Origin: an uncultured Alphaproteobacteria bacterium
Lineage (GTDB): Bacteria; Pseudomonadota; Alphaproteobacteria; Rhizobiales; Xanthobacteraceae
Assembly (NCBI GenBank): GCA_963831165.1
Contig: CAWHPC010000029.1
Coordinates: 261,183 to 325,182 of the forward strand
Reading direction: 5' to 3'
Length of the DNA stretch: 64,000 nt
The notes under the pieces are model-generated. The model saw only the letters and a program-made list of their open reading frames with translations. It did not search any database and was not told the DNA's origin. A program made the position numbers and the translations under genes. The first letter of the stretch is position 1. Every line of letters begins with the position of its first letter. Shown piece by piece: positions 56,934 through 64,000 of this stretch.

Positions 56934-57565
56934 AGCCCGGCCCTCGCCAGCGCGTTGATGGCGGCGGCAGTTATGGCACTGCCGCCCATGCGCCCGCGCA
57001 CGGTGAGAAACGGTACGCCCCGCGGATCGGCGGCGAGGGCGTCCTTGGATTCCGCGGCGCCGACGAAACCGACCGGGATTCCCAGGATCGCCGCCGGCTT
57101 CGGCGCGCTGGCGTCAAGGAGATCGAGCAGGCGGAACAGCGCGGTCGGGGCGTTGCCGATGGCAATGACGGCTCCGGCAAGGCGCTCGGTCCACAAATCC
57201 AGTGCCGCCGCTGAACGCGTGGTGGCTAGTCTTTGCGCGAGGTCCACGACGCGCGGATCATTCAGCGTGCAGATCACTTCGTTGCCCGCAGGCAAGCGCG
57301 CGCGGGTGATCCCGCGCCCTACCATTTCGGAGTTGCAGAGGATCGGCGCTCCACGGGCAAGCGCGCCTCGAGCCGCAGCGACCAGGCCGTTGCTGAATAC
57401 GATGTGGGACGCCAATTCCACAACGCCGCAGGCATGGATCATCCGGACCGCGACATCGGTTTCTTCCGCGAAAAAGCGAGAGAGGTCAGCCTCGGCGCGG
57501 ATGATGGCGAACGAGCGCTCGTAGATCGCCGCGCCATCGCGCAAATAGGCAGTGCGCTCAGACAT
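56930..57565 (-). CDS. cobH: precorrin-8X methylmutase
   Basis: Start [25 protein letters not shown] at 57565. [14 protein letters not shown] motif. Confidence 0.9.
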   Translation of the reverse strand: MSERTAYLRDGAAIYERSFAIIRAEADLSRFFAEETDVAVRMIHACGVVELASHIVFSNGLVAAARGALARGAPILCNSEMVGRGITRARLPAGNEVICTLNDPRVVDLAQRLATTRSAAALDLWTERLAGAVIAIGNAPTALFRLLDLLDASAPKPAAILGIPVGFVGAAESKDALAADPRGVPFLTVRGRMGGSAITAAAINALARAGL

Positions 57566-58850
57566 AGCTGTCCTCGCGCGCCGCCTCCGGGAAGTGTCTG
57601 TCAATCGCGGCCAAAAGCTCGTTTGTTGCAATCACGGTAAAGGGAGCGTCACGCGCCGAACCATTGGCGATGAGCGTGCATCCGTCGGGCGACCCGACAA
57701 TCGTGAGCGCTACACTGCCCCCGTGGGCGCAGCCCTTGGCGCAGCCGGAAATGTGCACCTGACGCGCGTCGCTGAGATGCGGCGCGGCGATCCTGGCGAC
57801 CAGCGGCGCCAGCGCGCGCGAGGCGATGTGCGCTGACCCACAGATCGGCGCGCCGGCGCAGGCGATGACATGCCGGCGTCGATCGCCGGGGTCGACAATG
57901 AAGCCGAGACTTTCGGCGGCGGTGACAAAAGCGGGCGCCGCATCCTCCGTAAGCCCGATAGCCACAAGCGCGCGGTCCGCGGCTGCACGTATGCCGATCG
58001 CGCCGGCGGCGTCCGCGGCCTCAGCCAAGCGCTCGAGCGACTTCGAGTCCGCATGGCCGAACGCGAGACCGACCCCGACCGCAAGCGATCCGTCTCGCAC
58101 GCTATGCGATCCAATTGGATCACGGCGTCCGGGCATGCATGCCGGCGCGACTTCCTTGTTCAAGAGACCGATCAGCGCTGATCGAAATGGTTCGTCGCCT
58201 TCAGCTGCAAGAATATCGCGTGCTCGCGCGGTATGTCCGTGTTGCGCAATGACTTCCAGAACCTTGATGGCCGCCTCGACACCATCGGCGAGCGCAACCG
58301 TGCCAATGTGCGTAGCAGTTGCATCGTCACCGGCCACCCCAATGCGAAGCACCAAGCCGTTGTCCGTCGGTTGGGCGCAGATACGCACCTCAGCCGACAC
58401 GTTGCCGAGTTTGTGTGCGCCGCCGCCATCAACGACGACAGAGATCTTAGGTGCGAGCCTCGCGGCAAGCGGCGTTCCCGCCAGCGCTTGCCGCAAATCG
58501 GCCGCGAGGGCACTCGCATCCAGAATTTCCTCTGCATCGAGCCCGGCAAGCGCATTACTGTGAACCGGAATTCCATCTTCTGCCACGATACCAAGCGCAG
58601 CGATTGCTTCGGCGAAACGCGGTGCGGACGCGGCGTTTAAGCCCCTAACCTGGATGCTGCCCCGTCGGGTTACTTCGATGTTGCCGTTGCCGTGCCGGCG
58701 CGCCGCCGCGCACAGGTTCTTGAAGGCGGCGAGCGGGATTGTGCCGATCGGCATGAGCCGGACCAGCAATCCGTCGCCGGTCGGCATCGGCGCCGACAAT
58801 CCGGGACAGGCGCCTCGGCGTTGGGAACGATTGAGGGCAAGCGCGGTCAT
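57558..58850 (-). CDS. cobG: precorrin-3B synthase
   Basis: 430 aa. [23 protein letters not shown]-terminus, sulfite/nitrite-reductase-like repeats and a C-terminal Cys cluster ([11 protein letters not shown]...SGCAKGCAH). Confidence 0.9.
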   Translation of the reverse strand: MTALALNRSQRRGACPGLSAPMPTGDGLLVRLMPIGTIPLAAFKNLCAAARRHGNGNIEVTRRGSIQVRGLNAASAPRFAEAIAALGIVAEDGIPVHSNALAGLDAEEILDASALAADLRQALAGTPLAARLAPKISVVVDGGGAHKLGNVSAEVRICAQPTDNGLVLRIGVAGDDATATHIGTVALADGVEAAIKVLEVIAQHGHTARARDILAAEGDEPFRSALIGLLNKEVAPACMPGRRDPIGSHSVRDGSLAVGVGLAFGHADSKSLERLAEAADAAGAIGIRAAADRALVAIGLTEDAAPAFVTAAESLGFIVDPGDRRRHVIACAGAPICGSAHIASRALAPLVARIAAPHLSDARQVHISGCAKGCAHGGSVALTIVGSPDGCTLIANGSARDAPFTVIATNELLAAIDRHFPEAAREDSYV

Positions 58851-61800
58851 GCTGCCGCCTCCGCACGCAGCGCCGCGAGGCCGGCATCCACATCGTTACG
58901 CCGCGGATGCCAAAAGCCGCGCTGCCGTGCGGCATCGAATCGCTCGGCAATCGCGGCGGCGGCTTCCGCGTTTTCGCGCAGCAAAAAAGCATGCACGTCA
59001 GGGTCGGCGACGTAGGCCGCGTGCAGGAGATCAAATAATTCGCTCGTAACGGCGTCGGTCGTTTCCGCAAAAGCGACCAGCCGGTCGACTGTTTCGGCAA
59101 GCTCAGCGGCGCCGCGTGGGCCGTGGCGCATTTGCCCGGCGATAAAGCGCGGATTGATCGCCCGCCCGCGCACGATGCGAGCCAGCGCCGCCGAGAGCGT
59201 TCGCGCCCGCGGCCGCTGCGGATCGGTTATATCGAGCATGACAAGGTCGGCCGTGCGGCCGAGCATCTTTGCCGCAGCGGCGAAACCGCCGACGAAAGCG
59301 ACATCCTCGGCGCCTTCAAGCAGGTCGCGCGCTGGATCGTCGCTTGCATGCAAGAGGAGGTCGGCGTCGGCAATACGCTGTGTGAACGCGCCGAGCGCGG
59401 CGCTGCCATCTCCTCCAGCGCCGCCATAACTGTGCGAAGCCGCCGCAAGGTACGCCGCGCCGATCGCCTCGCCGTCGATGTCGCGGCCGAGCAAGTCTTC
59501 GATGCCGGAACCGTAAGTGCCGGGCGCCGTACCGAAGATACGACGGAGCCGTGTCGCGCCGGCAACGCGGCGTGCGTTTGCCAGCGGATTTTCGCCATCG
59601 TCTTCGTCGCGTGCGGCGACCGCTTGCACCGCGGCGTCGATGAGCGCGATTTGCGCGGGAAAGAGATCGCGAAACAGCCCGGAAATGCGCCAGGTGACGT
59701 CGACGCGAGCGCGCCCGATCGCGGCTGCTGGCAAAACCTCGATACCGGTGACCCGCCCCGTCGCGTGATCCCAGATCGGCTGGCAACCCATCAGCGCAAA
59801 GCCTTGCGCGATCTCTTCGCCGCCGGTGCGTAGAGTGGCGCTTCCCCACAGATCGATGACGATGTTGCGCGGCGGCTCACCGTGGGTTTGCAGATGTGCG
59901 CGAAGAACTTCGTCGGCGGCCAACCGGCCAAGATCCATCGCGGTGGGTGTCGGCAAAGTGCGCGGATCGGCGGTGAAAAGATTACGGCCAGTCGGGAGAA
60001 CATCGCGGCGACCGCGTGTCGGTGAGCCAGCCGGGCCGGGCCCAACTCGGCGGCCGTCGAGCGCTGCAAGCAACGCCGTGCGCTCAACTTCAGCACTCGC
60101 CCGCCACAGCGGATCGTCGACGCCAAATGGCGCGCGGGCGAAGACGTGCAGTCCGTCTTTGACGGCGAGGTCTTTCACATCACACAGCCACGCGTCGATC
60201 CGGCGCAGCGCATCGTCCGGTGCCGCCGCGCCGTCGACGCCGGCTTCGCGCGCCAAGCCGGTCCGTTGCGCTGTCTCGACGATCAGCTTCGCCAGACGCT
60301 TGCGGCGACGGCGGTCGAGGCCGTCGGCCTGGGCATATTCGTCAACCAGGCGCTCAAGCTCGCGCGCATCGCCGGAAAGCCCACCGGCGATAAGCGGCGG
60401 CGGCAGGTGGCCAATGGTGACACCCGCGATGCGGCGTTTGGCTTGCGCCGCTTCGCCCGGATTGCTGACGATGAAGGGATAGATCACCGGCAGTGATCCG
60501 GTGACGATCTCCGGGAAGCACTCGGCGGTGAGCGCGACCGCCTTGCCCGGCAGCCATTCCAGCGTCCCGTGCGCGCCCATATGAACCAGTGCATCGGTCT
60601 GGACTACGCGCTGCAGCCACAACCCGAAAGCGACTAGCGCATGGCGCGGCGGTAGTTGCGGATCGTGATAGTCGGCGCGTCGCTCAGTTGAGCGCCCGCG
60701 GTCGGGCGGCAGCGCGACCAGAAGCTTGCCGAATTGCTGGGCGTGGAAATGAAATGCGCCATCGTGAAAATCGGGATCGGCCGCGGGCTCGCCCCAAGCC
60801 TCGCGCAAGCGAGCGGCTATTGTCGCTGGCAGTTTGGAAAGCAGAATTTCGTACTCCGACAACGGCAGCTTCGCGCGCCCCGCGCCATCTCCAAGCACAT
60901 TGAGCAGATCACGCCGCGTTTTTGGAGCGCCGCTGACGCTGTATCCGGCGGCGGCGAGGTCATCAAACAACGCGAGCACGCTCGCCGGCACATCAAGTCC
61001 GACCGCATACCCGGTGCGGCCCGGTGCGCCGGAATAATCCGGCATCAACACAGCGACCCGCCGCTCACTCCGCGGCTTTGCCTGCAATCGGACCAGCGCG
61101 GCTATTCGATCCGCCACCATCGCGACCCGGTCGGCTTCGGGCCGGCTCGCGAGCGCCGCAAAGCCAAGTCCTTCTTGCTGCGGCAGCGGATCCTTGAATG
61201 CAATAGCGCCGGCGAGCACGCGACCATCAAGTTCGGGCAATACAACATGCATCGCCAGATCGGCGGCGCCGAGGCCGCGTGGGCTGTCCCGCCACGCCGC
61301 TCTCTGCGTCGTGGCGCTCACCACTTGCAGGACCGGGACGCCGGCAGCATCGAGCGGCGTCGGCTCGTCGACATTTGCCCCCGCAGCGAACGCCGTCATC
61401 GTAACGACAATTGCGGGATTTAACCGCGCGAATGCGCCGCGCAGAAACGCGGCAGCTTCGTTATCCTTCAAGCTCGTGACGACGAGAGGAGCCGGAGCCA
61501 CGCCGCGCGCCGCAAGCGCCGCGCATAGCGCTTCGATAGGCGCGGTGTCGTTCGCAAGCAACGTCGCGCGGTAGAAAACAATCGGGACTACCGGTTCATT
61601 TGGTTCCAGCGAAACGACGAGCCGGTCGAGATCGACCGTACCTTGACCAGGTAAATAGCCAGCCGAGCGCGGTACTGGCGTGGGTTCGCGCGCTTGGAGA
61701 TCGGAGCCAGCGTGGCGGGCGAGCCGCTGCAGCAAGGCGCGCAGATTTTCGCGGCCGCCTTCGCGGAAAAATTGCAGCAGCGCGTCGAGCTCGTGCGGCG

Positions 61801-62194
61801 GCAGCGTCGAAGCTCCTGCGAGGCGGGCGTCATCGCGGTCCTCGCCCGGCAACACCGCAAGCGCGATGCCGCGCTCGCGCGCCACCGCCGACAGACGCTC
61901 GACGCCGTATTTCCACCAATCGACGCCGCCGAGCAGGCGCACGACGATCACCTTGGCATGCGCGCCGACGCGATCGATCCATAGATCGACCGACATCGGA
62001 TGGCGAAGATCGCGCAAATGGGCGAGGCGAACGCTTGGTATCGCAGTGCGTTCCGCTTCCCAGGCGGCGGCGAGACCGGCGAGGTCGCTGTCGGCGAAAG
62101 ACAACACGACGATGTCGCCCGGCGACTGGCCGAGGTCCACGGCTTCGACAATCTCGTCGAGGCTGGTCGAAGTCGTGGTGAGCAGATGCATCAC
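58847..62194 (-). CDS. cobN: cobaltochelatase subunit CobN
   Basis: 1115-aa uninterrupted ORF with CobN/Mg-chelatase H-family similarity throughout (LVHMGAHGTLEWLPGK ...). Confidence 0.95.
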   Translation of the reverse strand: MMHLLTTTSTSLDEIVEAVDLGQSPGDIVVLSFADSDLAGLAAAWEAERTAIPSVRLAHLRDLRHPMSVDLWIDRVGAHAKVIVVRLLGGVDWWKYGVERLSAVARERGIALAVLPGEDRDDARLAGASTLPPHELDALLQFFREGGRENLRALLQRLARHAGSDLQAREPTPVPRSAGYLPGQGTVDLDRLVVSLEPNEPVVPIVFYRATLLANDTAPIEALCAALAARGVAPAPLVVTSLKDNEAAAFLRGAFARLNPAIVVTMTAFAAGANVDEPTPLDAAGVPVLQVVSATTQRAAWRDSPRGLGAADLAMHVVLPELDGRVLAGAIAFKDPLPQQEGLGFAALASRPEADRVAMVADRIAALVRLQAKPRSERRVAVLMPDYSGAPGRTGYAVGLDVPASVLALFDDLAAAGYSVSGAPKTRRDLLNVLGDGAGRAKLPLSEYEILLSKLPATIAARLREAWGEPAADPDFHDGAFHFHAQQFGKLLVALPPDRGRSTERRADYHDPQLPPRHALVAFGLWLQRVVQTDALVHMGAHGTLEWLPGKAVALTAECFPEIVTGSLPVIYPFIVSNPGEAAQAKRRIAGVTIGHLPPPLIAGGLSGDARELERLVDEYAQADGLDRRRRKRLAKLIVETAQRTGLAREAGVDGAAAPDDALRRIDAWLCDVKDLAVKDGLHVFARAPFGVDDPLWRASAEVERTALLAALDGRRVGPGPAGSPTRGRRDVLPTGRNLFTADPRTLPTPTAMDLGRLAADEVLRAHLQTHGEPPRNIVIDLWGSATLRTGGEEIAQGFALMGCQPIWDHATGRVTGIEVLPAAAIGRARVDVTWRISGLFRDLFPAQIALIDAAVQAVAARDEDDGENPLANARRVAGATRLRRIFGTAPGTYGSGIEDLLGRDIDGEAIGAAYLAAASHSYGGAGGDGSAALGAFTQRIADADLLLHASDDPARDLLEGAEDVAFVGGFAAAAKMLGRTADLVMLDITDPQRPRARTLSAALARIVRGRAINPRFIAGQMRHGPRGAAELAETVDRLVAFAETTDAVTSELFDLLHAAYVADPDVHAFLLRENAEAAAAIAERFDAARQRGFWHPRRNDVDAGLAALRAEAAA

Positions 62195-62206
62195 TCAACC
62201 CCGCTC

Positions 62207-63241
62207 TTACCCAACAAGCGCTTGGACCACCGCCGCGCGGTCGAGGCCTTTCAATCCGATCACCACAAGCTGGCCCTGGCGCGTCTCGGCAGCGGCCCAG
62301 GGGCGGTCGTACTGATGGCTGACGCGCGCTCCCACCGCCTGCACCAGTAGCCGCAGCGGCTTGCCGGTGACCGCAGCAAAGCCTTTGACGCGCAGCACAT
62401 CGAAATTCTCCGCCAACGCGGTAACGCGCGCGGTCAGCGCGGAAGGATCGGCCACTTCGGCGACTGGTACAACGAATGAGTTGAAGTCGTCGTGGTCGTG
62501 ATCTTCCTCGTCGTCGTGATGCGTGTGCCGGTTGGCAATGTCGTCCTCGGTACCGACGCCAAGCCCAAGGAGCAGCGACTGATCGACCTTGCCGCCGGCC
62601 GCGGTGATCACCTTCACGGTGCGCGGCAACACGTCGGCGATCGCGGCCTGCGCTCTCTCAAAGCCAGCCGCGTCAATAAGGTCGCGTTTGTTGAGGACGA
62701 CGAGGTCGGCGCAGGCAATCTGATCTTCGAAAACTTCCTCGATCGGATCGTCGTGGGACAGCGCAATATCGGCCGCGCGTTGCTGCGCAAGGGCGTTGAG
62801 ATCATTCGCCACGCGGCCCTCAGCGAGCGCCGCCCCGTCGACAACGACAACGACGCCGTCGACGGTGACGCGGCTCTTGATCGCGGGCCAAAGGAACGCT
62901 TGCACCAGCGGCTTCGGCAGCGCGAGGCCTGACGTTTCGATGACGATGTGCTCGACGCCTTCGCGAGCGAGGATGGCGTCCAGTGCCGGCACGAATTCAT
63001 CGGCGACCGTGCAGCAGAGGCAGCCGTTAGCGAGCTCGACGATGTTCTCCTCGGGGCAGACGCTGTTGCCGCAGCCCTTGAGAATGTCGCCGTCGATACC
63101 GACATCGCCGAATTCATTGACGATGACCGCAAGCCGGCGGCCCTGCGCATTTGTCATCACGTGGCGAATGAGCGTGGTCTTGCCGGCGCCAAGAAAGCCG
63201 GTGACGATGGTGCAGGGAATGCGCGCGAGCGTGTCGTTCAT
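62207..63241 (-). CDS. cobW: cobalamin biosynthesis GTPase CobW (COG0523)
   Basis: Start MNDTLARIPCTIVTGFLGAGKTTL at 63241. GCLCCTV metal motif and a His/Asp-rich stretch (HTHHDDEEDHDHDD). Confidence 0.9.
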   Translation of the reverse strand: MNDTLARIPCTIVTGFLGAGKTTLIRHVMTNAQGRRLAVIVNEFGDVGIDGDILKGCGNSVCPEENIVELANGCLCCTVADEFVPALDAILAREGVEHIVIETSGLALPKPLVQAFLWPAIKSRVTVDGVVVVVDGAALAEGRVANDLNALAQQRAADIALSHDDPIEEVFEDQIACADLVVLNKRDLIDAAGFERAQAAIADVLPRTVKVITAAGGKVDQSLLLGLGVGTEDDIANRHTHHDDEEDHDHDDFNSFVVPVAEVADPSALTARVTALAENFDVLRVKGFAAVTGKPLRLLVQAVGARVSHQYDRPWAAAETRQGQLVVIGLKGLDRAAVVQALVG

Positions 63242-63663
63242 AGATCGGCCTCTTGAAAATCCAGCGGCGGAACGCGTGCGATCAGGCCGCGTTTGAGCGG
63301 CGCCGGCCGTCCGCGCCACGGCAGAATGCCGTCCGCGGCGCCGGCAAGAAGACGCGCACCTTCGATCAGCGCTTCGGCGCATGTCACATCGAGTCCGCCG
63401 AAGACGTAGGTCCACGAGCCATTGCAGCGGAGCGCCGCGCTTGGACCGCGTGAACAGTTGGCGAGGCAGCGCATTGGGCGGACTTCGACTTCGGTTCCGG
63501 CGGCCGCCCGAGCAGTCGCCGTTGCGAGAAGCGCGCCTGGTCGCACCGGGCTGTCGGGTTCACCGACGGGCCTGCAGGTGACGCACACATAGACGATCGT
63601 CGCAGCGGACGGCGCCGGTTTGGTCGCGAAAGTCTCGTCGGCGGAAGTTGCCATCGCTTCCAC
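63238..63663 (-). CDS. DUF1636 metal-binding protein
   Basis: 141 aa. VCVTCRP ... CLANCSRGP Cys motifs. ATGA overlap with cobW. This cob-cluster context is typical. Confidence 0.75.
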   Translation of the reverse strand: MEAMATSADETFATKPAPSAATIVYVCVTCRPVGEPDSPVRPGALLATATARAAAGTEVEVRPMRCLANCSRGPSAALRCNGSWTYVFGGLDVTCAEALIEGARLLAGAADGILPWRGRPAPLKRGLIARVPPLDFQEADL

Positions 63664-64000
63664 CTAAGCGCGCTCGACCAGAGATCGGTCGAGGCCTTGC
63701 CAGCGGTACAGCAGGTAAGAGATCACCCAACTCGCGAGGAAAATGCCGACGACGATATAGCCGAAACTGGCAATGCCGCCGTTGATCTCACCAATCATGT
63801 CCCAGAATGCGCCTTCGAGGCCGAGCTTGCCCGCGACGAGACCGAGCGCTTCGATCCCGCCGATCAGCAACGCGACGACAACCGAAACGGCAGTGATGGT
63901 CAAATTGTACCAAATCTTGCGGATCGGATTGAGAAACGCCCAGCCATAGGCGCCGACCATCAGCACGCTGTCGGTGGTGTCGAACAACGTCATTCCGGCG
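63664..64000 (-). CDS. HoxN/HupN/NixA (NiCoT) nickel/cobalt transporter, C-terminal part only
   Basis: ...LFDTTDSVLMVGAYGWAFLNPIRKIWYNLTIT... matches the C-terminal TM segments of NiCoT permeases. The gene continues beyond the right edge. Confidence 0.75.
   Translation of the reverse strand, partial: AGMTLFDTTDSVLMVGAYGWAFLNPIRKIWYNLTITAVSVVVALLIGGIEALGLVAGKLGLEGAFWDMIGEINGGIASFGYIVVGIFLASWVISYLLYRWQGLDRSLVERA

Noticed and set aside
1-64000. CRISPR arrays, rRNA genes, canonical tRNA genes, intact IS elements, transposases or prophage genes.
   Set aside because: No regularly spaced direct repeats, no rRNA-like conserved blocks, no cloverleaf-compatible tRNA, and no transposase, integrase or phage-structural translations were seen in any frame. 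The only recombinase is the chromosomal xerC.

Overview
This is a high-GC alphaproteobacterial chromosome segment. Gene content and the REP-type repeat families look Bradyrhizobiaceae/Nitrobacteraceae-like (inference only).

Gene content by region:
- 0.3-16.4 kb, housekeeping: apaG, an OpgC-like acyltransferase with two SGNH hydrolases, metZ behind a probable SAM-II riboswitch, a long-form dCTP deaminase, tldD, murA, xerC and priA.
- 16.4-37.7 kb, patchy and partly AT-richer: a DUF2971 islet, a USP/CBS pair with a FixK/FNR-type box, an Na+/H+ antiporter, small hypotheticals, a roughly 1.8-kb decayed gene-poor stretch at 26.6-28.4 kb, and a FeeM-like N-acyl synthase next to a PAS-GGDEF-EAL protein.
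- 38-49 kb, acyl-CoA metabolism: two acyl-CoA dehydrogenases, an ADP-forming acyl-CoA synthetase, two enoyl-CoA hydratases, a thiolase and others.
- 49-64 kb, aerobic-type cobalamin cluster: cobB, cobA, cbiD, cobM, cobE, cobL, cobK, cobJ, cobI, cobH, cobG, cobN, cobW, a DUF1636 gene and a NiCoT transporter.

I found no rRNA, canonical tRNA, CRISPR array, intact transposase or prophage, and no clearly novel multi-gene system.

The dominant anomaly is that at least eight conserved genes are each broken by a single 1-nt indel in a homopolymer or simple repeat. This is most likely a consensus-sequence artefact. The other candidates worth a second look are the unassigned structured non-coding stretch at 27.8-28.2 kb, the DUF2971 islet, the FeeM-like/c-di-GMP pair and several unusual gene overlaps in the cob cluster.
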